Below are positions 26,318-38,210 of a stretch of 64,000 bases of DNA, one piece after another. This stretch comes from Lepidodermella squamata. Taxonomy: Eukaryota; Animalia; Gastrotricha. Below the pieces are notes generated by a model. The model was not told the DNA's origin. It searched no databases and saw only the letters and a program-made list of their open reading frames with translations. The translations under genes and the position numbers were made by a program. Position 1 is the first letter of the stretch, and each line of letters starts with the position of its first letter. The stretch is taken from NCBI GenBank assembly GCA_047495785.1, contig JBLDXI010000045.1, positions 186,001 through 250,000 on the forward strand, in the 5' to 3' direction.

Positions 26318-26840
26318 ATGGAGTCGTTTTCCGATCTTGTAGTACCTGCGAGTGAGGTGCTCATTGCTGGTGCTGTCGCAGCTGTTGCGGCCGTGGGATT
26401 TTTGAAGCGGAATTCATGGGCGGCGAGGAAGGTGGAGGCTATGGAAGCGCCTATTGTTGAAAGCAGCGATGAAAGCGACTCGGCCAATGAAGATCCAAAG
26501 CTCAAATTAGTACCGTAAGTTGAGTTTCACCTCTGATTTTGGTCCTCAAGTTGCGTAGAAATGATCCTTTTTCATTGGCTTTTTTTGATTGTTTTCGAGC
26601 AGCTCCTTTCCACTTTTTTCAATATTTCTGTTCCAGCGAAAACAGTATGAAAAATGAATGGAAGAAAGGAGCAGAAAAATTGAATTAAATTACTTGAAAA
26701 ATGAAAATGTTTTCTTTCCTGTTGTTTCTAGTGTTGTTCGACTTGAAAAAATCTCTGCTGAAGCCATCGCAGCGATGAAACTCAAGGATGAAGATGAGCC
26801 AAAATTGAAACGCCGACAGCTACTTCGCCGGAAAAACTGA
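26318..26840 (+). CDS. Gene Z: about 101-aa protein with hydrophobic N-terminal segment, PxVxL (PVVRL) motif and basic NLS-like tail
   Basis: Exons 26318-26514 and 26732-26840 join by GTAAGT..TTCTAG in phase 2, giving VLIAGAVAAVAAVGFL...KLVPVVRLEKIS...PKLKRRQLLRRKN. Confidence 0.7.
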
Positions 26841-27150
26841 AATGGAAAAAATCCTAACTTGAAAGGTTTACGAATATGCAATAAGAGAAATGTTACCTTC
26901 TTTCATGCGTTTTTGTCTCTTACTGTTGCATCGTCTTGAATCTCGATTTCGAATGGTTCTGCGTTTTTAATGAGCCATATAATTAACTATAGCATTTTTA
27001 TACTTTTGGTTCATGGATCGTGTTTTTGTTTCCTAAATTTGCTGCCTTATCTTGCTCGTATGTTAGTATTGCTCAGACTTTTGATAAATACGCACCAATT
27101 TGATGAAAGGACATAAATTTTTATGTTTTAGTAATTTTTATATTAAAAAA

Positions 27151-28167
27151 ATGTCAGACCTAATCAATGCCACTCCTACGAGTATTATCTACTCATCGGC
27201 AACAGTTGCAGCAATCGCCGCGCTGTATTATGCCTATCATCGATATCGCGGCGGGAACATCTGCCCACCCGATCGTTTAGACGGCCGCGTTGTCGTCCTA
27301 ACCGGCGCGACTTCCGGCATTGGCAAAGCCGCGGCTGAAGAACTGGTCAAACGAGGCGCAGTTGTCGTGCTAGCCTGCCGAAACCTCGCTGCGGCTAATA
27401 AGTTGGCCCTTGACATTACAAGCGAGGCTCTCAAGAAAAACCAGCCGGGCCGCGCGACAGCTATGCTGCTAGATTTATCATCAATGGACTCGGTTCACAA
27501 ATTTGTCGAAATTTTGAAGCAGGATTTTTCGAAAATCGATGTACTAATTAACAACGCTGCTGTCTGGGGCACATCGGAACGAGTAATGACAAAAGACGGG
27601 CATGAAGAGCATTTACAGGTCAATCACCTAGCTCCGTTAGCTCTAACTATTCTAGCCCTACCTTTGATGAAAAAATCCGAGGATGCCCGTATAGTTTTCG
27701 TTTCTTCAGATTTGTATAAACGAGGTCGGTTAGATTTCGACAATCTCGATTCGGAAAAATCTTACGAGCCGATGCAGACTTACTCAAACGCGAAATTGAT
27801 GCAAGTAATGTGTGCGCAAGAATTATCGAGACGCCTTAAAGCCAGCTCGAGTTACTCAAATGTCAGCGTTTTCACAGTCAGACCCGGCGTCGTGAATACT
27901 GGGCTATTTCGAAATGCATTCCGCAACCCTGTTGCTAAATTTTTCGGCAGCATTGCTACGTTTTTAATCCTGAAAACGCCTCACCAAGGCGCTCAGCCAA
28001 TTCTCTACTGCACAGCTGTGAAGAAACTGCGCGGTGAAACTGGAAAATTCTACGGAAATTGCCTGGAAGAACCGTTGAAGACTGAAATTTCGCGCGACGC
28101 TACAGCGGCGAAGAAAATCTGGGACGTCAGTATGAAACGAGTCGGTCTATCGGACCACCAGATTTAA
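27151..28167 (+). CDS. Short-chain dehydrogenase/reductase, retinol dehydrogenase 11-14-like, intronless
   Basis: N-terminal TM anchor, TGATSGIG, LACR, LINNAA, VNHL, catalytic YSNAK. Confidence 0.92.
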   Translation: MSDLINATPTSIIYSSATVAAIAALYYAYHRYRGGNICPPDRLDGRVVVLTGATSGIGKAAAEELVKRGAVVVLACRNLAAANKLALDITSEALKKNQPGRATAMLLDLSSMDSVHKFVEILKQDFSKIDVLINNAAVWGTSERVMTKDGHEEHLQVNHLAPLALTILALPLMKKSEDARIVFVSSDLYKRGRLDFDNLDSEKSYEPMQTYSNAKLMQVMCAQELSRRLKASSSYSNVSVFTVRPGVVNTGLFRNAFRNPVAKFFGSIATFLILKTPHQGAQPILYCTAVKKLRGETGKFYGNCLEEPLKTEISRDATAAKKIWDVSMKRVGLSDHQI

Positions 28168-28277
28168 AACATCGAAAACTAATCTAATTGATTTGATTAC
28201 GTGATAAAACTTTAATTTTGTTCGAATTTCTGTTATTTTTTTAGTTATTTTTCAACCAAATTTTGAAAATTGTGTTA

Positions 28278-31200
28278 ATGACCGTGACGAGTGCCGGCTC
28301 GCTGCTAGCCGAAGCGTCAGCCTGCCGATGGTCCCAGTTGGTTTTCGCGAAGCGTTGGAACGAACTTCGGCAATCGCGGGAGACGTCAGATAGCGAACTT
28401 CTCAACGCGTTCTGGTCTGCAGTTGTGTTGAAGCAACCAACTCACGCCTCGACATCACCCTCCTCGGCTTTCGAAGCCGATCTTTCGTTTCTCGACGCGT
28501 TGGACCTAGAAGTCGATAAAGAACTAGTCGCGTCTTTCGTATGTTTCCTCATCGCCTCGGCTCAATTATCACCCGAGGCTGTTTGGAAGTTTGTATCTGA
28601 CCGGGGTTGTTTGATGCGGCAAGAACACGGCAAGTTGCAGATCGAAACAATTGGTGATATGCTGAAATCTCTAGTCATTTCTTTACTTGCGTTATCGAAC
28701 GATGCGAAATCGATCCATGCGCCGTCGAACGTCGTGCAAAAGGGCGACTATTCTTTGATAGCTAAATTTAAACTTCTCCTAGTCATAAAAGCTGAGATGA
28801 TTACATCGATTTGCGACTTTATGGCAACGCATTTGGATTTCAATAACCAACTGACGTGTTTCAGGCTGTCCAGGTGGCTTGATATTATATCTATTTTCGA
28901 GCGGAGTGGCCCGTTGAAGGCTTATTGCCAGTTTGCTACACCGAAATCGAATAGCATTATCGACAGTTGGAAACGGCTGCAACAACTTTCTCTTTCAATG
29001 GCTGCGTTGGAACGATCGGCAATTGCAATTAAGGTAATACATCTATTATTTCGCATTGAAATTGTAGAATTCAACAGCCAAAAACCGTCAACACTTAGAT
29101 GCAAATTAGCGTATTAATAAAATACAGACGACAAATTTCGTTATTTAAAATATTGAATGAAATGGTTAACTTAGGAAGTACTTGGCAATAATTATCATTG
29201 GCCAATTAGCTAATCCAACTGGCCGCTGGGTAGTATAGCCGACTGAGTGGTGCAAAATTTTCCTGAGTATTTTGCGATTTAGAGGCTGATAGGACTGTCA
29301 TACAGAACTGAGTATTGGTCAAAATGAAGGATCCACGACTCATGGGTAGCATTGAATGGCCACGGGCATCTGAATTTTACATTTCTTTGCCCAGCAATGT
29401 CTTTGATTTGTTTACATCGGAAGAAAATGTTGATGATTTGTGGAGCAAAATGACCCGCGGCCTAAAAGATGAAGATGACCGTTTAACAAGTGAAAAGTGG
29501 GATTTGGCGACATTTTGGACATCGTGAGATTTTGATGCCACTTTCAAGATCAATTAACGAGGAGTCAAACGATATAAACTAGAGGTTGATAGTCATCAGG
29601 GTTGCAGAGAAAATGGGCTTCAAAGTTTTCGAGCGAAAAAATCCTAATTTTGAAAAATGCGCGCTTAAAAATTGACTTATTTTATTGCATCAGTAAGTAT
29701 CCCCACTGCAATTAATTCTGGTGTTATTTTCTAATGCACAGACATTATTTTGGGCAATCTGAGGTGAGGAATCTCGGTAGATTTTCAAAAATTTTGCTGG
29801 GATCAAGCTAGTGTCTCAACGACAACCTGAATCAATAACACTTCTCAAGGCAACTGAAATTTGAAATTTAAAAATCATCAAGAAAAACTGTGTAAAAACA
29901 TCTTGGAATCTTGGAAAGCGTCCTTCTTCAAGTGAACACACTTTTAGCGATTTGCTGGAAAATACAGAAAATGCGCCAAACCCCACTTTTCACTTGTTAG
30001 CGGTCATATGTGCGAATTCGCTGATATTTCATATTTCATACGAATATTAAAAAAATATATATATGCATTTTTTATTAGGAAAATCTGATAATGATGTCGA
30101 ATCGATGGATTTCTCGAAGTCGCATGTCGCCGTTTTCCTTCAACCCGAGTCCATCGAAAAGCGCCTCAACCCCTATTTACCCGAACGGCGAACTTGTTTC
30201 CGCAAACGAACCCGATTTCTGTTCGCTATTCTGCGGCGCTGTCGACTATTTGTACGCCCTTGAATTCGGCTCAAATATCAACCGGTTCTCATCGTCTGAA
30301 TTTATGATACCCCTACTGAGATCGCTTTCTCTATCGATGACCCTATTCGTGCCGTCGTCGAATATCGAAAGCGCGATAACTCAAGCGCTAACCTCGCGAT
30401 ACGTGCCACTTTTGAATCACGTGGCAAGCGCAATGAATATTCCCAACTCAAGCCTGTTCGACCTCATCGACCACGCAGCGAAAAACTCGATAAATCAACC
30501 TCAAATGACCGCAAGTCAAATGATACCGAAATTCGGCTCGAGCAATTTCATCGACAATCGGCCGAGTTATCTCATGCGAATTTTCCAGTCCTGCCGATTG
30601 AGTTGCCTAGCAAAAAGCCTGAATGTTACATCGCACACCGGGCAATTTGTCGCTGAGCTGATAACAAACGCCGGGCGAGATATGTCGAAGGTTGAATTTG
30701 AGGAGTATGTAAATCGAGATTTGTTGAAAAACCTTCACATCGCGCCGTTTTTAAATCGGACTGAAATAATTCGACTTCAGCTTGTTTTAGGAGAGCGAGC
30801 TTCGAAGGAAGAAAATCATCTAGCGCTCGGCCTTCTAGCCGCTGTTGATTTATTCAAGTGTTTTCTGTTGACTGGTCCAGGTATCGGCGACCGGCCAGGC
30901 GAGGTGTTGAAATCTGAAGGCGCGGTTGGGTCTTTCCTGGAAAATATCATTAATAAACGAATTAAAAATTTTGCGAATTTGATCCTGAATACCGACGATG
31001 ACGATGGGTGTGATCACCATCAGGACGATAACGACGGAAATCTGCCGGATTTAGACACTTTCATGTCGACCCTACCAGATTCACTGGCTGAATCTGTTGG
31101 AATAGGCCAGGAGACAGCATCTCGTCTGTTATTTCTACTCGGAAAAACTGATCAAACCAGGCAAACTGGGGTTGTTAGGCGATTGGTGTTAGCGAACCCG

Positions 31201-33207
31201 ACCCTGGCGTTTATTCTATGGCTTCTTGTCGATGAAAAGCTACGTCGCCGTTTGATTGTTTCGGCGAAGAAATCGAGGGGCGACTCGCCGGCGCCGAAGC
31301 GGAGAAAAAGCGGCGATTTGAGTAATGCGCCTGAAATTCTAACAGCGATTAGCGAGGCGATAAAAAGCAATATTAATACGTTGAAGGCGCCGTTTAATGG
31401 CGTCTACTCACTACTTGTAACGCTTTCGTGCCAAGTTCGAAGTCTAGCTGTGATTAGTCGGCTCAATAAGACGACGGCGGTGGATCCAGTGATGGTTGCG
31501 TTGAAGCAGCCGAGTCTGCTAAACCATTACTGTGTGATGCGGGAAGCGGCGTTGGCGGATGGAAGTTTCAAAAGCGGCGAGGCAACTGCGCAATCTCTCG
31601 GCGCTCTCTTTCAGCGCGTCTTGATTTCAGGTAAGAATTTTTATTAAGGAGGCGGAGATTTATTCTAAATTTGATATAATTCATGGCTATACTTATTATA
31701 CCATCATACAACGGACAATTACGGATCACTTAATCGCTTGTAATTCTGAGGAAGATTTGCCTGGGCGTATCTTTCAAAAAATTTCTGATTTCATTCGGAA
31801 CATAACATTATTTAAAAAAAATGACATGATTAATTAGTGAAAAATTATTGAAATAATCAAAGAAAATTGTCCCTAAACACACCCTAAAAAAGTTTTGGGT
31901 TCTAGCACTAAATTTGAGACTCTATCACTAGATTTCCCTAAAAAATGGTTTTTCGAGTAACACTTATTTTATTTTTTTTGCGATTCTGCCTAACCGATAG
32001 ATTTTTATATTAAGCGTATTTTGCGCTATGAGCGGACAGCTTAAGATTTATACTTCAGCCAACGGAGGCGATATCGATTCCATGTATCGATTTTACAAAT
32101 CAGTGATTTTTTCGACATCAGCAGTCACGTAAGCCGACGAAAAATACTAGTTGGCTAGTATAATTAATCCTGGGGTCATTCTCCTCTTCTTCTTCTCTTC
32201 ATCGATATCAATGAAGAACAGGAAATCGCAAAACAAATCAGAAAATTTGGTGCTGGAACCTCAATTTAGACCAAGCGCAAATATTTAGACCTATTTTTGA
32301 AATTGGGACATTTTTCTGGGTATTTTCTCTCAATGTCCAGCGTTTTGGGACATTTCCTAAGAACGATTTTTCTATTTTTGCAATTTTGGCATCCAGGTGT
32401 TTACGATCCACAATTACCTATTTGATAAATAAGCGGCTCTCTCCATAAGTCCCAATTCTCACGTGAAATCGACTGTTGAGAAAAATCTCGCCGATACAAT
32501 GGCTTTTTATTTTATGGTGGATTCTGACCGAATTTTATGCTTTTTTAGGTTCCGCCAGTAACACCACCAGTCCGACCCAGGTGCCAAATATGAATTTCGG
32601 CTCAACGGTCGACACATCGGAAGGTTATCGCAACTTTCTCGCCTTCGCCCTGCCACTGATAGCCGGTCTGGACGCCGAAACCCTGCGAATCTTATTCCGG
32701 AAATGGCTGGCTAGCAACGGAATTCTAGCGACGTGCCTTCTCAGCAATAACGGCCAGCTGTCGTTTATTGTCGCCGCTCAGGTGTGGAATTTCACTTTTT
32801 TCCTGATTCTCATGACCGTCACGTCGTCGGGCCTACCTGTCGATGAAGTCAAGCAAACGGTGGCGCGATTCTTCACCGCGTGGCAAACCGGCAAGGAACG
32901 CTTCAGATTTGTTGCTGTCGAAATGTTCTTCGCCGAGTTGATGTTTTTCGCTAATATCAACACGTGCCGGCTGGTTGCGTCGTCCCTGCCTACGGATTTC
33001 ATCCTCAGTTTCGTAACATCGTCCGGCCCAACGACGAAAAGCGCGCCGTCGGCGCCATTATCAGCCTCGACAGGCCCGGCGAATCGGTTGTTGCAACTCA
33101 AGCGTCGAGTTATTGGGCGGATTTTCGCTCTCGACGACAATAATCGCTTCGATGAGGACTTTTGTATTCGCGCCGTGTGTAGTCTTTCCCCGTTTGAAAG
33201 TTTGTAG
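28278..33207 (+). CDS. MED24: Probable Mediator subunit MED24, divergent, multi-exon
   Basis: N-terminal SLLAEASACRWSQLVFA and VASFVCFLIASAQLSPEAV resemble the MED24 start as I recall it (A-W-x-E-R-W-S; L-S-Y-L-x-Y-A-I-S-S-Q). Long helical ORFs 28263-29117, 30091-31647 and 32476-33207 have splice sites at their borders; basic patch PKRRK. Confidence 0.55.
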
Positions 33208-34254
33208 TGATTATCACACAGTAATTATTGTTATTATTGTCGCAGTCAGAAAACACGTCTTTTTGTATTTGACCGATCACAGTAAAAAAAACGAAATAAA
33301 GTTGGCATAATTCTCACTCAAAAATTTTCAGAAGCAGCGTGTTGAACTTGCCGTATTAAATAGAGCAGAAATGAGTGGAGTAAAGGGCCGAAAATTTGGA
33401 CGCTTTGAGCTTTGGCCCTGATTATCAATTTGTGCATATCTGATAAAAATGTCACTGAAAAATAGCTCACTTCATGGGCTTTCAAGTGGTACCAAATTTG
33501 TCAATACTCTCATATACTATCGATTTGTGAAAAATCGCCGAAGCTCGATCACTCAGAAAGGTGTTTGGGACCCTCCTTGCCAAACGCTCACCGGTTGGGG
33601 CTGAACTTTTTTGTGCACACAGGGATTTACCTAAACTAAATTCCGTGAAAAAATCTCGGCAGATGTATCGGCACTTGATACAGGTGACTTCGAATTAAGC
33701 ATCTAAATTTGGACACCTCTAATGAGATTTTTAACTATATGTATGTGCAAATGAAATGTATGCTCTTTGTCAGTTTTTGAACAGAATGGCAACGCATTTA
33801 TGGAACCTAGGAATTAGCTTAATGACTCCTGACCTAGGCTCTGCTTTCATGATTCTGGCTGGAGAGCATAGAGATTGATAATGAATCCGAATCCGAATCT
33901 TTCATTAGAAAAAAGTACAAAACAGTATTATGTCCAACACATGTCTTGATGGCGCAAAAACAGTGCATTACCGGTAAAAATGGCCGGCGCCATTCGATCC
34001 GCCGTGTTAGACTCGGTGAAAATTTCGAAAATAAAGCTGTTTTTATTCGATTTATCTCAAAATTAAAACGCTTGGAGATGGTACTTTTGGCCGCACCGAC
34101 GACTAAATTATACACCGAAAAATCATTTGTGCTTTGTGCTTTTGAAAACGGAAAGGATGCAATAAAAAATGCTGGGTACTTACATCCTATATTTTAATAT
34201 TTTAAGAGAATGTCCGTTTTCGTGTTTTGCACTAAAACTGTGAGCTTGATGAAG

Positions 34255-34600
34255 GCAAGTGGTCATGATGATGCGAAATTTTTACCACATTTGAAGCAAA
34301 CAAAGTTGTAGCGCACTGCCCGAAAATAATTTCAGTGTCAAATAAATGATAAGGTTGCGATATTTCAATTATGGGACTAATTTTTCTGAACGTTGTTTCT
34401 AATCAAGTCCGTCATCTATAGTCGCTGGGTCGAGCATTTGAAATTTAATAAATGACATGGCGTTTAATTCAGGCATTACGGTATCTTGAAAATAAAATTA
34501 TTTATTTGGCTGCTTATGTTTAGTGTCGTTGGTTGAGTAATATTTTTAAGGCAATTATGGAATATCTCGAGTGCGGCCAAGGCTATAAATACATTTTTAC
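34255..34600 (+). promoter_or_regulatory. Conserved upstream block and TATA box of knottin gene 1 (A-type)
   Basis: ggcaagtggtcatgatgatgcg ... gtcgagcatttgaa ... ggctataaata (34581). Homologous blocks at about 36587, 37831 and 39043. Confidence 0.7.
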
Positions 34601-34652
34601 CTCTGAGTGTAGCTGTATTCACAAACATTCGTAAGCATCATAACTTGCTAAA

Positions 34653-34906
34653 ATGTCTATTGGAGCATCGAAGGTTATCATGGCGGCCGTTCTTCTGGCT
34701 TGCATTTTGATCGCTTTCATGACAGAGCCCACGTCAGCCGCGTGCCGAGTATATGGCGCGGTATGCACGCGTGGTGGTTGCTGCGACGGCGTGTAAGTTT
34801 TTTTCAACTCGACTGAATGGTCTATGATTTTTCCCATTTTTTTAGACAATGTGTGTGTGCTGGCGGTTTTGGGGGTCTCTGCACTTGCGGAACCTCGCCC
34901 ATGTAG
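34653..34906 (+). CDS. Knottin 1: secreted 8-Cys agatoxin-like (ICK) peptide, 2 exons
   Basis: Exons 34653-34792 and 34846-34906: MSIGASKVIMAAVLLACILIAFMTEPTSA-ACRVYGAVCTRGGCCDGVQCVCAGGFGGLCTCGTSPM*. Confidence 0.88.
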
Positions 34907-35599
34907 GGTAGCTGGCAATGTCTGACTGAAAAACAACTGAATTCACGAAAGTCGAACGCCAAATATTTATTCAATCACCGGAAAGGGGAGACGTCTTATA
35001 CTTGATTGCATGATAGGCACATTTTTGCCGTCGATCATTAATTGCTTCTGCCGTAACTTAAAGCCCGCAAACTCGAACGCTAGTAATAAAATTGTGCCCG
35101 AATGAAATAAAACCGAATGTCATGTCAGTGATGACATTTACCCGAAAGCTCTCGCCCGAATGGAAATTCACGAAAGTCAAACACTTGAACAAACGAAACA
35201 AAATTAATGTCAAACACACGAATGTTTCTTTATCTAAGGTTATCAGCGAAACTGCTCAGAAATGAATTAAGTTGAGAAGACGCGCTCCATTTTCTTCTCG
35301 CTCTGCTGCCGCGACTGCGTTGGTTCTCGCGCATCGTTCAAAAGAGTCTGGACAGGCGTTCCCGAGCTGTCTCGAGCAGAATGAACGGTTTCGGCAACAA
35401 CGAAATTTTCTCAGTTTTGAAAAGAATTGAAAATTGTCTTATATTGAGCATTCAGAGTATTGCAGCACGCCCAATTTTCAAGAGCATTATATTCAACACC
35501 TAAAAGAATTTACCTGAAGTAGCGTGTTGACTTCGGAACGGGGCAAAAATGAGTGGAAATCAAATACGATAATATTGATAAATCGATTAGATACTATAC

Positions 35600-35895
35600 T
35601 ATATTTGTCTGATATAGCACGAGTAAAGAGTGTATATCTGAACGGAGCCGGCCGAGATTTACGAATCCGAACGAGTCGCAGACGAGTGGAGATGAGCAAA
35701 TCGAGTACGGCGAGTTCAGATATGAAAATCAGTAAAAAATCGTCCAAACTTGCTCCAAGTATCGAAATGTGGACCATGATGCGGGCTACCTGGACCATCA
35801 AGAAGCTGCTTCAATTTCAACTTTGTTAATCGTTTTAATTACGTTCATTTGATGAGCGATATAGATTTCATTGCCTTGACTCGTGAAAAGTCAGG
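35600..35895. repeat. Degenerate inverted repeat (old MITE-like relic) between knottin genes
   Basis: ctgatatagcacgagtaaag..tatatc..tgaacg versus the reverse complement of about 35840-35895 (ctgacttttcacgagtcaag..tatatc..tgaacg). Confidence 0.4.
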
Positions 35896-37037
35896 AATCG
35901 ATGCCGATGATGACGATGAATACGACAAAATAGACAGTCAATGGGTGCTCGGCTACACTGGGGTAAGACGAAGCTTTATAGGCTGCGATTCCTGGTGATG
36001 CCTATGTAGCAATCAGATACTGATGGCACAGTACCTAATTATACCTAAAAATAATAAGGAAAGTAAAGTAACGAAAATTGTCTTTTTTATTTTTTCAATG
36101 TTGTTTACGAAACGTAACGCATTTATTCCAACATAAACAACATTTATTTTGCCAAAGTCAAATTCTAAGTTCACACTAAGACATGACATCGGCTCTTATC
36201 TCCATGAAATCGTACATATTATCGGTTTTTGCCCGGGTCTTGATCCATCGATTGAGAATTGTTATGGCATAAAATACGTATTTCGAAGTTTTCGAGGCTT
36301 CGAGACAGGGTTGTGATCGAAAGAAAAGTGCAAACTTTGTGTCTTGAAAACATTTGAATGGGTGATCCTCTGGCGGGCCAATTTTTACAGCACAGGTAGC
36401 TCCTAGGTATGGCTAACTCCAGGTAAAATTTGGCTCTTATCGGGTCGTTTATTGTTGCGTAACAAACATTGCAAATTTACACTGTTCCTTCGATCATACC
36501 CCTGAATAACGGCCATAAGTTACTCACAGTCCACACCACGGTTTGTTGGAAGTTCCCTTACGTTTTGAAAATGTTGGCAATAATGACGGCAAGTGGTCAT
36601 GTTGACGCGCAATTTACGATGGCTCATACATATAATGGGAATAAAATTGGAGTAAATACAGTCGATACCCTACTGCTCGAAAATAACGTCAGCCACAAAT
36701 AAATGTCAGGGTAGGTTATTTCTATTTTGGGACCCTGTTTTTTGAAAGTTTCTCTTGAAGCCCGTTTTTATGGTCGTTGAGTCGAGCATTTGAAATGTAG
36801 TAATAAATGACAAGGCTTTTAATCCGGGTATTGCGGTATATTGTTAAAACTTTTCATTTACTTGGCTGCTTTTGTTTTTGTTTTGCTTTTGTGGCGCAGG
36901 TGAAGTATTATTTTCGAGGTCAAAGCTATTCATTCAACCAATGTCCCCTGAGTGCGACCAGGGCTATAAATACTTGTTTCACCACTGAGCGTAGCTTCAT
37001 TCACAAAACATTCGTAAGCTTAACAACTTGCTATAAA

Positions 37038-37292
37038 ATGTCTCTTGGAGCATCGAAGGTTGTCATGGCGGCCATTCTGTTGGCTTGCATTTTGATCGCT
37101 TTCATGGCAGAGCCCGCATCAGCCAACGTGTGTCAAAAACTGTTCTGGCATTGCGGGAGTGGCTATCCTCCCTGCTGCGGCGCCATGTAAGTTTTTCTAA
37201 CCTCGACTGTCTCACCTATAAAATGGTCATTTTTTATTAGGGAGTGTCGGTGTATAGGTGACTTGTGTACGTGCGAATTGCAACGAGGCTGA
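37038..37292 (+). CDS. Knottin 2: secreted 8-Cys agatoxin-like peptide with C-terminal Gly
   Basis: Exons 37038-37186 and 37241-37292: MSLGASKVVMAAILLACILIAFMAEPASA-NVCQKLFWHCGSGYPPCCGAMECRCIGDLCTCELQRG*. TATA at about 36962. Confidence 0.9.
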
Positions 37293-37729
37293 CGGAACTT
37301 GGGGAAAACTAGTTTCGGCCCATCTTCCAGAAGACAGGCCGAGACCTGCCAACTCACGACAACATGCTAACGGCAAATCAATTGATCTTAGCCAAATTGC
37401 TTTGTCGTGCTGTAGTTATTCAAAGTTACTATTCATTAGTTATTAGTTACTTCTTCTACAATTCCTCAATTCTTCAATTTGTTGATCAGTAAAATTGAGC
37501 GAAAATTCCGGGTATAATTTTGAGAACACGTTATTGCGTTGAAAATTGTAAAGCAACTGAACTCTACCAACAACGTACTTAATGCTACTGTGATCTGAGG
37601 CCAACCGGCCGCTAAAAAAAGCTTGGACCGAGTTTGCGCACCACTGATCTAAGCGAACGAGCGTTCCCCTTAACAACTTGAAAAAACGCGTGTTTCCATC
37701 TAGGGGAAGCGCGTTCGCCTACGAAAAAT

Positions 37730-38210
37730 TCCCCCTATATTTTTACTTTTTAATTTGCTACAAAATCACCGTTGTTATTGCACGCGGAAAAGAGAACAAG
37801 CATTAAACACCGGAGCGTTGAGTTAATGACAGCAAGTGGCCATGATGATGCGCGATTTATGGATGAAGTGTTAGATAAAATTACTACTCTTGAAACAAAC
37901 AACGTTAATACCGCACCGCTTGAACATAGTTTCAGCCTCAAGTAAATGACAAGGTATTAATATTTCGATTACAGGACTCTCATTTCTGAGCGTTTGTTAT
38001 TAAGCCGGTTACCTTTGCTCTCCGGATCGAGCATTATAGAAAAAAATAAAGGACATAGCTTTTAATTCGGTCAGTACGGTATATTGTTGAAAATTTCATT
38101 CATTTGGCTGCTTTTGTTTTTCTCGTAGCGGTCAAGCAGTATTTTTTCAAGGTCATAGCTGTCCATTGAAACAACGTCCTTGGAGTGCGGCTTTTGGCCT
38201 ATAAATACTA
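37730..38210 (+). pseudogene. Orphan A-type knottin promoter copy with the coding region missing
   Basis: Colinear similarity to 34180-34590 up to and including ctataaata (about 38199), with no signal-peptide exon following. Confidence 0.7.

Noticed and set aside
33330-34130. Possible DNA-transposon remnant between MED24 and the knottin cluster
   Set aside because: Repeat-like texture, but I could not pair termini or find a transposase frame.
36807-37037. N-terminal extension of knottin 2 suggested by the 127-aa ORF
   Set aside because: It runs through the TATA-containing promoter conserved among paralogues; the paralogues start at MS[LI]GASK.
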